Positions 27,885-38,309 of a DNA stretch of 64,000 nt are shown here, piece after piece (positions within the stretch are counted from its first letter, which is position 1; every line of letters starts with the position of its first letter). The stretch is from Candidatus Cloacimonadales bacterium (GTDB lineage: Bacteria > Cloacimonadota > Cloacimonadia > Cloacimonadales > JAFGVF01), in assembly GCA_963677495.2 (NCBI GenBank), contig CAXXOU010000001.1:96001-160000 (forward strand). Direction: 5' to 3'. A model generated the notes under the pieces. The model saw only the letters and a list, made by a program, of their open reading frames with translations, was not told the origin of the DNA and made no database searches. A program made the position numbers and the translations under genes.

Positions 27885-29006
27885 TCAAATATTCATCTCC
27901 AATATCTGGTAAGTCTTATATGCCTCAGCCCCTAAACTCTTAGCTAGCCTATTCATCATAACATTGTTTTCAAGAACCCATGAGAATTCTGCTTCTGTCC
28001 AACCTTCAGGTAATCCATATTCGTAAAACTTATAATGGAACATGGCATCTACACCAAGGTTTCTATAACCATCAAGTATTCCCATAATCATCACCCTAAC
28101 AGAACGAATCTTTCCCTTAGCTTTTAAGGCTTTCATGATAGTAATAGGATTAATCTTTCCGTTCATTGCTTTGAAAACATGGTTATAATTTGGAATACCC
28201 ACAGAGAAACCAATTGGTTTGCCATCTTTTCTCGCAATCATAACGAAGTTAGGGTTAACAATAGGTATTAGTTCATCCTTAAGCCTATCGAACTCTCTTT
28301 TGCTCATAGGGACATATCCCCAATTATCTTTCCATGCCTCTCTATATATTTCGAAGATAATATCAATATCCTCTTTCCTATCAGCTTTACTTTTACGCAG
28401 TGTGTGGAAGGTGATATTCTCTTTTTCTAGTTTCTTCGTTATAATCTTTGCAACTCTAGCTAGTTTAGGTGGTATCTCTTCAGTAACTGTGTGATATGAA
28501 AACATACCCATTGCTTTAGTTAAACCATAATCATTGAGAAGCTCTTCAAAATAAGGTTTGTTATGTGTCAGCATAATGAATGGAGGAGTATCAAAGCCAT
28601 CTACTAATAGACCACACATATCATTAATTGTGAAGTTAAAAGGACCTGATAATACATCTTTACCATGCCTTTTGTTCCATTCAACAGCTTTATCTAAAAG
28701 AGCTTTAGAAACTTCTCTATCATTGATGCAATCAAAGAAGCCAAAGAATCCTTTCTTATCACTATAATGCTTATTATGAAGTTCATTTGTATGTGCGGAT
28801 ATTCTACCTACAACCACTCCATCTTTCAAGGCAAGAAAATAGTCAGCTTTAGAGTGCTCAAAATGTGGGTTCTTAGATCTATCAAAGAATTTCATCTCCT
28901 CACTGATTAGAGGGGGTACCCAATTGGGATCATCTTTATACAGCTCAAATGGAAACATCACAAACTGTTTTAACTGTTTCTTATTCTCTACCTTGATTAT
29001 TTGCAT
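27885..29006 (-). CDS. GNAT-fold N-acyltransferase (YghO / bacterial ceramide synthase-like)
   Basis: FVMFPFELYKDDPNWVPPL, VVGRISA, GFFGFFDC, NWGYVP, SWVLENN..M. Confidence 0.8.
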   Translation of the reverse strand: MQIIKVENKKQLKQFVMFPFELYKDDPNWVPPLISEEMKFFDRSKNPHFEHSKADYFLALKDGVVVGRISAHTNELHNKHYSDKKGFFGFFDCINDREVSKALLDKAVEWNKRHGKDVLSGPFNFTINDMCGLLVDGFDTPPFIMLTHNKPYFEELLNDYGLTKAMGMFSYHTVTEEIPPKLARVAKIITKKLEKENITFHTLRKSKADRKEDIDIIFEIYREAWKDNWGYVPMSKREFDRLKDELIPIVNPNFVMIARKDGKPIGFSVGIPNYNHVFKAMNGKINPITIMKALKAKGKIRSVRVMIMGILDGYRNLGVDAMFHYKFYEYGLPEGWTEAEFSWVLENNVMMNRLAKSLGAEAYKTYQILEMNI

Positions 29007-29632
29007 TATATCTCTCCTAATCTCTTTGAAACTACTAGGTTAATTATACCCATAAGTGCAGCAACCCCACCTAGTTTAACGATATCAGCTGAGGTGAAGG
29101 TACCTATGAATCCCGGAATTGCAATATTAAGTATTTGTGCAATCACAACCGGTAGAATTACAATTGTATACTGACCAAATCGCATCTGTTTGAAAAAGAT
29201 GATAAAGATCAAAGCTAATCCAGTGGCGATGGCAGTTGGTAAAAATGCGAAATATCCAATGTAACCAATATACGTAAGAATTCCTCTACCACCTTTAAAC
29301 TTATGAGTTAAAGGTAAACAGTGTCCAACTAGCATAAACAAACCATAAAGCATTAACCAGTTTTCGTTTGTAAATGGAATTCCCGTCTCAAAACCGGACA
29401 ACAACCATTTTAACAGTGATAGAAAGAAATAAGCCTTACTAATATCCACAGCTGCACTTAATACACCAAGTGGTTTACTCACATTTGAGTAAATATTCTC
29501 TGTATCAGGATGTCCTGTACCAACTTTATATATGTTCAAATGTCTAAATGTTTTAGCTATAAGTCTTGCTGTTGAAAAACAACCAAAGAAGTAAGATATG
29601 ACAAGGGCTCCGATTGGGATTATAAAGCTCAT
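29006..29632 (-). CDS. PlsY-like membrane acyltransferase (divergent motifs)
   Basis: SYFFG, DISKA, GHCLP..FKGGRG; motif 1 altered to GTGHPDTEN. Confidence 0.7.
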   Translation of the reverse strand: MSFIIPIGALVISYFFGCFSTARLIAKTFRHLNIYKVGTGHPDTENIYSNVSKPLGVLSAAVDISKAYFFLSLLKWLLSGFETGIPFTNENWLMLYGLFMLVGHCLPLTHKFKGGRGILTYIGYIGYFAFLPTAIATGLALIFIIFFKQMRFGQYTIVILPVVIAQILNIAIPGFIGTFTSADIVKLGGVAALMGIINLVVSKRLGEI

Positions 29633-30333
29633 TGTTGCTCCTTATTGTAGTTTCTTCTTCCGAAGATTGCACTACCTACCCTAATTAAGTTTGCTCCCTC
29701 TTCTATTGCTATCATGTAATCATCTGACATACCCATTGATAAATAATCAAGATTCACGTTAGGTATATCTAACTGCTTTAGTTGCTCCCTAAGCTGATAA
29801 AGTGCTTTAAAATATTTCCTATTATTCTCCGGATCTGCACTTAGCATTCCGATTGTCATCAATCCTCGAACCTGGATATTGGGAAGCTTGGCAATCTCTC
29901 TAACCAGTTCAATTGCTTCAGTCTCATTAATACCAGATTTCTGACCTTCGTCCGTTGTGTTAATCTGAATAAGGACATCTTGCTTCAGCTCGTTCTTAAC
30001 AAGGTATCCACTCAACTTTTCAGCAGTTGAGAGTTTATCTAATGAGTGAATAAGTGCCGGTTTTAATGGGATAAGTTTCTTAATTTTATTAGATTGCAAG
30101 TGTCCTATAAAATGAAATTCCGGTCTCCTTGAGAGTTCCGGTAACTTTCTTTCAGCTTCTTGAATCTTGTTTTCACCTACCAGATCCACTCCTAAAGCCA
30201 AAACCTCTTCAAGTATCTCAACAGGATGTGTCTTAGTCACTGCTATCAGCTTTACTTCACTGATATCACGTCCGGTTTTCTTACAAGCCTTTTCTATATT
30301 CTCTTTTACATTACGCAAATTATCTGCTATCAT
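29629..30333 (-). CDS. yggS: PLP homeostasis protein
   Basis: LIAVTKT, GENKIQE, HFIGHLQSNK, LSMGMSDDY, IRVGSAIFG. Confidence 0.95.
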   Translation of the reverse strand: MIADNLRNVKENIEKACKKTGRDISEVKLIAVTKTHPVEILEEVLALGVDLVGENKIQEAERKLPELSRRPEFHFIGHLQSNKIKKLIPLKPALIHSLDKLSTAEKLSGYLVKNELKQDVLIQINTTDEGQKSGINETEAIELVREIAKLPNIQVRGLMTIGMLSADPENNRKYFKALYQLREQLKQLDIPNVNLDYLSMGMSDDYMIAIEEGANLIRVGSAIFGRRNYNKEQQ

Positions 30334-30562
30334 TCATTCCTCCATGGAGTAAACATTCAAATTCAGAGAAAAGCACTCTTTGTCAAGTTGTAAATGGAAT
30401 GTTAAACACCCCTCTCCATTGAAATCATAGCGAGTTTCAACTCATAAGGGGAGTTTGCCGGAGATGTCAATGGCAGTGAGAAATGGTACACGATGGCAGT
30501 GAAAAGTGGTACAAAACTGCCAACCTTTAAAAATGACTACTTCAAGACAGTTTGGAGTAGGT

Positions 30563-32039
30563 ATGATTGGAGTAGAAGTGTATCATTCAATAAAAACTAT
30601 GCATAAGCAAGGGCATAGTCAGCGTAAGATCGCAGAGGAGTTGTCTCTATCAAAGACAACAGTAGGTAAATACATAAATATGACACTTGATGAGTTCATG
30701 GAACTAATAAACAATAGCATTCGTGAAAGCAGTTTTGCCATATGTGAGCAATATGTCCGCGAAAGGCTTAGCAAATATCCACGATTAAGAGCTAGTGTAC
30801 TATATTTAGAAGTTAAGAAAAAGTTCCCTGAGATAAAAGCAAAAGACAGAGCTTTCCGAGATTTTGTTCGTAAGCTAAAGCAGACTTATCCTGTCGATAA
30901 ATACCGTAATTATGCAGTTATCGAGACGGCTCCCGGTGTTCAGGTTCAAGTTGATCCAGGTGAGATGAAAGTAGTTTTGGGTAATAAACGTCAAAGAGTT
31001 TATTTTATAGTTTTTGTGCTTTCCACTCGCGTCAAAGCTATGTCCATTGGAGCACAACACCATATAACACATCAAGGTTTATTGAAGCTCATCGTGAAGC
31101 TTTTATCTATTTTGAAGGTATCCCTTCAGAGTGTGTTTACGACCAGACAAAGCTTGTAGTAATACAGGAACGCTATCGGGAAGTAATCTTAAATAATCAG
31201 TTCCATCAGTTTGCAGCAAAAACGGGCTTTCATCCTCATGTATGCGAAGGCTATGATCCACAAAGCAAGGGTAAAGTAGAGCGTAATGTCTCAGAAGTAA
31301 AGCATGGCTTTATGTATGGCAAAGAGTTCAAAGACCTGGCAGACCTGCGTTCACGCGGACTTGAGTGGCTTTTACACTTTAACGGCAGAACCCATGGCAC
31401 AACCCGTAAAGTACCATCAGAAGTATGGCAAGAAGAGAGGTTAAAGCTAAAAGATATTCCAGAGTTTATCTTCACTTTAGAAGTTCGTAATGCAGATAAA
31501 ACAGGCTTAATCTCGTATGAGGGTAATAAGTACTCTGTTCCATTAGAGTATCAGCGAAAACAGGTATATGTGCAAAAAGAAAAAGAGCACTTTAGTGGTG
31601 ATGGATATTTATACAAGAAAGGAAATCTGCCAACATGAGCTATGCACAGAAAAAAGGCAAAATCATCAAAAACACTAATCATTATCGGGATTTTACGGTA
31701 GTGCTACAAGAGCTTATTGAGCGAGTAAAGGATGAGATGAGTGAATATATCCAAGGAGAAGAACTAATCCAGAGGCTTGTTAATGATAACCCTAAAATAG
31801 CAAGGGATCAGTTGAGAGCCTTAAGCAAGTTTAAGCGTAACTATGAAACAGATGTATGGGAGTCAGTGCTTCCTGAGGTAATGACTCTTTCGCATGTAAA
31901 GGCAACAGCCATAGAGAAGCTTCTGAATGCAAAAGTAAGACAAATGAAGCTAAATGAATTATCAGAATCAGAACCACAACAAGACTCAGAGAGTTCATTA
32001 ATAGAGCGCTCATTAGATGACTACATGAAGGTGTTATAA
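30563..32039 (+). pseudogene. istA: IS21 transposase IstA, three single-base frameshifts (~31024, ~31591, ~31655)
   Basis: HTH start, ETAPGVQVQVD, then in shifted frames YDQTKLVV, PQSKGKVER, HGTT, GLISYEGNKYSVP; indels fall in short homopolymers, so may be assembly error. Confidence 0.8.
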
Positions 32040-32040
32040 G

Positions 32041-32773
32041 ATGATAGAGATAACTAAAACATACATCAAAAGGGCTCGTTGTACTCATATTTTGAATACT
32101 CTTGAAAGTGCAGTTTTTAGAAGCAGAGAAACAGAATATGACTTATCTGGAGTTCGTACATTATCTATTTGAAAAAGAGAACTCAGGAAGGAATCAAACC
32201 AATATCAACAGAAGACTTAAACAGGCTCACATCCCGGTAATAAAGACCTTTGATGAGTTCGACTATGCTTATCAACAAGTAATAACCAAAAGACAAGTAA
32301 AGGAGTGGAAGAACTTTGTCTGGCTGGAGCAGAGGAGGAATATAATTTTAATGGGACCTCCGGGAGTAGGTAAGACTCATGTTGCAACAGCACTCAGTTA
32401 TGAAGCAATAAAGGCAGGCTATAAGGTGGTGTTTTATAATCTGAACAACCTTATCGAAGAACTTGTACTAGCTGAAGCAGATAACAACATAGATAAATAT
32501 CTAAGCAATATAGCCAAGAATGATCTGATAGTTATAGATGAGATGGGGTATCTTCCTCTCCAGACAAAGGCAGCTAATCTGTTCTTTAGACTCATCCATC
32601 TCTTATACGAATTTAGATCAGTAATCATAACATCGAATAGGTTGTTTAATGAATGGGGAGCTATTTTTAACGACAATGTGATAGCAACTGCTATTCTTGA
32701 TAGATTACTCCATCACTCACAACCAATTACAATGCTCGGAGATAGCTTTAGACTAAGGAATTTTCAAAAATGA
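32041..32773 (+). CDS. istB: IS21 helper ATPase IstB (apparent +1 frameshift near 32105)
   Basis: GPPGVGKTH Walker A, LIVIDEMGY Walker B, ITSN, ILDRLLHH; upstream ATG 32041 is out of frame by one A. Confidence 0.9.
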
Positions 32774-33006
32774 AGACTGTACCATTTTTAAATGCCAAAC
32801 TGTACCAATTTAAAATGCCATTGACAGCCGGAGATGAACGAAGTAAAACGAAAGAGGACTTCCTCTATGAGTTGAACGTAAGTTGAACTCATAGTTGTGT
32901 ACATTGCAAACTCGCTTAATCTTTTAACATCGGTTCCCTTTTCCCCTTTGGCGTCAATAGCTTCTCTTTATCTAATCCCTACAAGAATCTTTTTGCACCG
33001 TTAAAT

Positions 33007-33075
33007 AAGTTATACACACGATGTGGATAACTTTAGGGGTTCATAGGGAGGGTCTAGGGAGACTAAAGGGAGGGA
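33007..33075 (+). repeat. Inverted DnaA-box-like pair plus 11-bp-periodic AGGG units (copy A)
   Basis: TTATACACA (33010-33018), 3-nt gap, TGTGGATAA (33022-33030); homologous to 43060-43131 in inverted orientation. Confidence 0.7.
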
Positions 33076-33305
33076 CAAGCGAGATTCTAGGTTTTTGATG
33101 CAGCACGTACCAGACTCGTAGTGGACATGAAGAGAAAAAATAGAAGTCATAAATTATATTATTTAACTACAAAGCAGCTACAACATAACCTCAGAACTCG
33201 TGGTTTAGAACTAGGTAAGTCCGTTAACATAATTAATCTATTGACTGAATAAATGGTGAATATCTTATAGATAATAAATATTCATTCTTGCGATGAGGTA
33301 GATAG

Positions 33306-33878
33306 ATGAAGCTGTTAATGCATGTTTGTTGTGCTCCCTGTTTTATTGCACCATGGAAGCATTTGAAAGATAAAGAAGAATTAGAAGTTACGGCATTTTG
33401 GTACAACACCAATATCCATCCCTATACAGAGTTCCGTAAAAGACTAGAAACACTTAGAGAGTTCAGTACTAAAGAGGGCTTTGAGCTTATTGAGGATAAT
33501 AGTTATAAGCTTTTAGAGTTCTTTGAAGAAGCTCTTCATGGTCAAAAAGCAAGATGCTATTACTGCTATCTTGATAGAATGACTAAAACTGCAGAAGTTG
33601 CTAAAGAACGTGGTTTCACTCACATTTCATCAACTCTATTATATAGTAAATTCCAGAATCATGAGTTAATTGTTGAGATAGCTAAAAAAGTATCTGAAAG
33701 ATTTGGCGTAAAGTTCTATTATGAAGATTTTAGAGAATACTGGAAAGAGGGTATTGAGCTATCCAAAGAGGATGGAATGTATCGTCAGCAATTCTGCGGA
33801 TGTATATTCAGTGAAAGAGACAGATATGAAGATTACTATCACCGAAAAGATAAACGTGAAGCAGGAGAGAACAAGTGA
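33306..33878 (+). CDS. queH: Epoxyqueuosine reductase QueH (DUF208)
   Basis: LMHVCCAPC, NIHP..E, RCYYCY..R, MYRQQFCGCIFS. Confidence 0.92.
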   Translation: MKLLMHVCCAPCFIAPWKHLKDKEELEVTAFWYNTNIHPYTEFRKRLETLREFSTKEGFELIEDNSYKLLEFFEEALHGQKARCYYCYLDRMTKTAEVAKERGFTHISSTLLYSKFQNHELIVEIAKKVSERFGVKFYYEDFREYWKEGIELSKEDGMYRQQFCGCIFSERDRYEDYYHRKDKREAGENK

Positions 33879-34336
33879 AGAAATACGTTATATTGTTTGT
33901 ACTATTAATCACAACACATATGTGTAATGCAGTTGAACGCGAGACAAAGCCTGTTCCATGGAAAGCTGCAACTCTCTCATTTGTTTTACCTGGTGGTGGT
34001 CAGGTTTATAATAAAAGCTACTATCGAGCAGGACTCTTCTTTGCTGCAGAAGCAGCCTTCCTTGGAATGTCTGTTTACCATCACAATGAGATGAAAGATT
34101 TTGAAGGAAAGCGTAATAGCGCAGGTGAGGATCTAGACCTTTACGCACTTCATGATGAAGATTATGAGTTCCATTACAGACGTAGAAACTCCTACTACTG
34201 GTGGTTAGGTATAAGTATTGTAGCAAGTATAACTGATGCATATGTAGATGCCAGCTTGTGGGACTTCGAAGCTAAGAAATCAAAGATTCACCTTGAGATG
34301 GGTGAACGTAATATCGGACTTTCCTTGAGGTTCTAA
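33875..34336 (+). CDS. DUF5683-like exported/membrane protein
   Basis: Signal peptide, KAATLSFVLPGGGQVYN, ITDAYVDA. Confidence 0.75.
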   Translation: MKKYVILFVLLITTHMCNAVERETKPVPWKAATLSFVLPGGGQVYNKSYYRAGLFFAAEAAFLGMSVYHHNEMKDFEGKRNSAGEDLDLYALHDEDYEFHYRRRNSYYWWLGISIVASITDAYVDASLWDFEAKKSKIHLEMGERNIGLSLRF

Positions 34337-34806
34337 TGAGTTATCTGACATGGATAGAAACCGATTATGGAACATTTGCTATTGAGGGCAATGATGAAGC
34401 GATAATACGTATCGGTTTCAACTACTCCCCTGCCCCACCTGCAAGAGCTTATCATAAAATTGATAATAAGAACCTTCAATTAGCGATTAAAGAGTTCAAA
34501 CTATACTTTGCTGGTAAACTGAAACAGTTCACATGCAAGATTGATCCTGAAGGCACACCTTTCCAAAAAGCAGTATGGAAAGCAACTAGCGAGATACCCT
34601 ATGGTAAATACATGTATTACTCAGATATTGCAATTGCTATTGGCAGACCAAGTTCAGCAAGAGCTGTAGGTACAGCCTTAAACAAAACACCTACTCCTGT
34701 TATTATACCATGTCATCGTGTAATTGGAAAAGGTGGAATCACTGGTTATGCCGGTGGACCATCTACACGTCTGAAACTCTTACAACTCGAAGGTGCTGAT
34801 GTTTAA
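34336..34806 (+). CDS. ogt: Methylated-DNA--protein-cysteine methyltransferase
   Basis: GTPFQKAVW, IPYG, ARAVG, IIPCHRV, GYAGG. Confidence 0.93.
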   Translation: MSYLTWIETDYGTFAIEGNDEAIIRIGFNYSPAPPARAYHKIDNKNLQLAIKEFKLYFAGKLKQFTCKIDPEGTPFQKAVWKATSEIPYGKYMYYSDIAIAIGRPSSARAVGTALNKTPTPVIIPCHRVIGKGGITGYAGGPSTRLKLLQLEGADV

Positions 34807-35785
34807 GAGATATTCACTTGTATCTCTATACTTTCTAATATCAATAGCACTATTCTCTCAATTCCCTTCTACACTTACAATACAAGGTGATATCACAACA
34901 ATAAAATGTATACCGCAGCAAAAAAAGTTGGGACAACATCTTAGCAAAGAGATGGATATGTACATCACTGCGTTTCAAAAGCAGATGGGTGTATATCCTG
35001 ATGAGCCTGTTACTGTAATACTTTCACCAAATGCAGATTGGTATGAGAAACATACATTCGGAAAGCGTGAGATTGTCCAACAAGCAAATGCATTTTATAA
35101 TAAACGAGATAGAACTATTATCCTTCGCACGAAGAAGAATAGTAGCGGTTTAAGAGGACTAAAGCAAGTATTTCTACATGAGTATATCCACTATTATATA
35201 GACTCGTATATTGCCAATGCACCACTTTGGTTTCATGAAGGTATGGCAGTATACTTTTCAGGGCAGCACAACTTTAATCGAGAAGTACTTTTCACATATA
35301 GTTACCTTTTTGGGGACAGAGCAAGTCTGATGGAGATGAGAAGAACCTACCCGGAATCCAAGAACGATTGGGAAGCTTTTTATGCAGTGTCATCTCTGGC
35401 AGTGAAGACTCTCTATAAAGAGCAAAAACCCGGATTCTATAAGTTCTGGTATATAGCTGAACAACTTAAATCACAAGGGAAAATAGTTCATTTTTCAAAG
35501 CTGTTTAACGCTACATTCTTTATGACTACTTCTGCATATGACAAATACTTCGAGAACATACAAAAGAATACTTTTTTGGGGCATCTGTTCGGAGTGTTAG
35601 CAAGTTTTGTAGGTCCTTTGTTGACAGTTTTCCTTATTATTGCATATGTTCGTAAGCGTAAAGAGTATAAACTTCTGACTAAACGATTAGATGAGGAGGA
35701 GCAACGTGAAGAGTCTGACGATGGAGGAGATTCAATACCTAAAGGGAGTGGGACCGAAGAAAGCACTTCTACTGAACAAGCTTAA
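34793..35785 (+). CDS. Peptidase MA-like metalloprotease with C-terminal TM
   Basis: HEYIH..PLWFHEGMA. Confidence 0.75.
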   Translation: MLMFKRYSLVSLYFLISIALFSQFPSTLTIQGDITTIKCIPQQKKLGQHLSKEMDMYITAFQKQMGVYPDEPVTVILSPNADWYEKHTFGKREIVQQANAFYNKRDRTIILRTKKNSSGLRGLKQVFLHEYIHYYIDSYIANAPLWFHEGMAVYFSGQHNFNREVLFTYSYLFGDRASLMEMRRTYPESKNDWEAFYAVSSLAVKTLYKEQKPGFYKFWYIAEQLKSQGKIVHFSKLFNATFFMTTSAYDKYFENIQKNTFLGHLFGVLASFVGPLLTVFLIIAYVRKRKEYKLLTKRLDEEEQREESDDGGDSIPKGSGTEESTSTEQA

Positions 35786-37785
35786 CATCTTCACTGTTGA
35801 AGATCTGCTTGAGTTCTTTCCTCGTGATTATATTGAACGTTCGGTTCAACGTCCAATCGGTACTCTAAATGAAGGTGAAAATGTCACAGTTGTAGGGCAC
35901 ATTATATCAGTTGATAAGCGTATCACCGGTAGAGGTAGAGAGCAACTCAATATAATAATTTCTGATGGACGAAGTAACCTTCTTTGCAGTTGGTTCAGAT
36001 TTGGAAAGTGGATAACTAAAGATATGGAGATAGGTAAAACTATCTGGGTTGGTGGAAAGGTTGAATATTATCGTGAGATGCCTCAAATTATACATCCGGA
36101 ATATGAGATAATCGACGATGACCATGAGGAAGATGACTTTTGGAAGAAGCGTCAAGTTCTGCCTGTTTATCCCTTAACTGCTGACTTTAAAATGAAGCAG
36201 ATGAGAAGGCTGATCTATACTGCTTTTGAGAAATATCATGATAGCATTGATGAATCTTTACCACAATATATCCTAGACAGATATGGATTCCCTGCACGTA
36301 AAATTGCTCTGCAGAAGATTCATTTCTTAAGTGATGTAAAAAGACTACCTCAGATCAAAGCACGCTTTATCTTAGAGGAATTTTTATATACACAACTACT
36401 TTGGTTAAGAACTAAAAAGGATTTCTTCCGTTCAGGTATCTGTTTTAAACCTACAGGTGAGTTGACGAAGAGACTTTACGAAGATCTCCCCTATCAATTA
36501 ACTGAAGCTCAGAAGAGGGTAGTGAAAGAGATATTTGCTGATATGACATCTAACCGTCAAATGAATAGACTCTTACAAGGTGATGTTGGGGCAGGCAAAA
36601 CTATTGTTACTCTCTTTGCTATGCTCTTAGCTGTTGAGAATAACCATCAAGCAGTTCTCTTAGCTCCTACTGAGATTTTGGCTGAACAACATTATAAAAC
36701 TATCTCAAAACTGCTTTCTATCTTCCCACATATTGAAATTGCTCTGCTTAGAGGTGGCAATTACAAAGGCAAGAAAGATACTTTAGCTCGAATAGCGAGT
36801 GGAGATGCAATGGTGATTGTTGGTACTCATGCTTTGATCCAAAAGAGTGTTGAGTATCACAAAGTCGGGCTAACTGTTGTAGATGAACAACATAGATTTG
36901 GCGTTCAACAAAGAGCTGAACTGGCAAGAAAGAACGGATGCCCTGATATGCTTTATCTTTCAGCTACACCTATCCCCCGCTCTTTAGCTCTAACAGTTTA
37001 TGGAGACCTTGAGATCAGTGTACTCGATGAGCTTCCTCCGGGAAGAAAACCTGTTAGAACCCTCTGGAAAAGTGAGTCCAAGAAACAACTTGTTTATAAT
37101 GAAATAGAGAAAGAGCTTAGAAATGGGCATCAAGTTTATATTGTCTGTCCCCTTATCTCTGATACAGAAAAATCGGATCTTTTAGCTGCTGAAACTTTGT
37201 ATGAGCATCTCTGCTCAAATGTATATCCTCAATATAAGATTGCGCTTCTGCATGGTAGAATGAAGAATGCAGAGAAAGAGGAAATTATGAACTCCTTCAA
37301 GGATAAGAAAGTCGATATCCTTGTTTCGACTACAGTGATTGAGGTTGGAATCGATGTCCCAAATGCATCTGTTATGATGATAGAGCATTCGGAAAGGTTT
37401 GGACTTAGTCAGTTACATCAATTACGAGGAAGAGTAGGAAGAGGCTCTGACGAAGCATATTGCTACCTTATCTCCTACCCACCCATGAGTAAGATAGGAG
37501 CTGAACGCTTAAGAACCATGACTTCATCAAATGATGGTTTTTCTGATCGCAGAGAAGGACCTTGAGCTCAGAGGACCGGGAGAGTTCTTTGGAACTAAGC
37601 AATCGGGTGTCCCTGCCTTTAAATTTGCAAACATAGTTAAAGATAAAGCACTATTAGATGAAGCGAAAATATTAGCAAAAGAGATACTAGCAAAAGACCC
37701 CAATCTCTCTTCGAGTGAAAACCGACTTTTACGCGAACGATATGACAAGTACTACAGGCATAGGGAGAAGCTTTTCAAATATTAA
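35721..37785 (+). CDS. recG: ATP-dependent DNA helicase RecG (apparent +1 frameshift in T-run 37538-37542)
   Basis: YLKGVGPK, QGDVGAGKT, DEQHRFGV, QLHQLRGRVGRG; the conserved DGF.IAEKDLELRGPGEFFGTKQSG continues in the shifted frame. Confidence 0.93.
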
Positions 37786-37823
37786 TCACAGCATAGATAT
37801 TATACACTAGAATTAGTATCGAT

Positions 37824-37892
37824 ATTAATATTATTAATACTGACATTAATTATTTTAATTTTCTTCTTGACATTATTAATCCCCATATTAAT
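37824..37892 (+). promoter_or_regulatory. Phased ATTAA-N5-TTAAT palindromes overlapping a TTGACA -35 element
   Basis: Sites at 37824, 37845 and 37866 (imperfect), 21-bp period; TTGACA at 37867. Confidence 0.5.
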
Positions 37893-37947
37893 TTAGACCC
37901 AGAATGAGATGATAGTTATGCTCATTTGTGTCCTAAAGGAGGAAATA

Positions 37948-38307
37948 ATGAAAAAGGATACCTTACATATCTGCCCGGTTTGCGACCACGATTTAGAGAT
38001 TGTGAAATATACATGTCCAAATTGCAAAACATCTATTGAAGGCAGATTTACTCCATCGGGAATTTCAGCGTTAACAAATACTCAGCAAGAGTTTGTGACA
38101 ATCTTCATGCTTGCTGAGGGTAACATAAAAGAAGTAGAGAAAGTACTCAACATCTCATACCCAACTGTGAAAGCACGCTTAAGAGAGATTAGGGAAGCAT
38201 TACAGAAACCAAGTGAAGAAGATGAACTTCTACTGATACTTGAAGGTATAGAAGATGGAGAGTTTAGTGTAGATGATGCAATATCCGAAATAGAAAAAAG
38301 GAGATAA
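37948..38307 (+). CDS. DUF2089-family Zn-ribbon/HTH protein
   Basis: CPVC..CPNC..IEGRF, GNIKEVEKVLNISYPTVKARL; AAGGAGG RBS. Confidence 0.88.
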   Translation: MKKDTLHICPVCDHDLEIVKYTCPNCKTSIEGRFTPSGISALTNTQQEFVTIFMLAEGNIKEVEKVLNISYPTVKARLREIREALQKPSEEDELLLILEGIEDGEFSVDDAISEIEKRR

Positions 38308-38309
38308 CG

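Larger units (their letters stand above)
30465..32826 (+). mobile_element. IS21-family insertion sequence (2362 bp) with 8-bp target duplication GCCGGAGA
   Basis: Ends TGTCAATGGCA..TGCCATTGACA with doubled sub-terminal repeats (TGGCAGTGA.AA.TGGTACA left; TGTACCA..AATGCCA right); TSD at 30457-30464 and 32827-32834; istA/istB inside. Confidence 0.95.
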
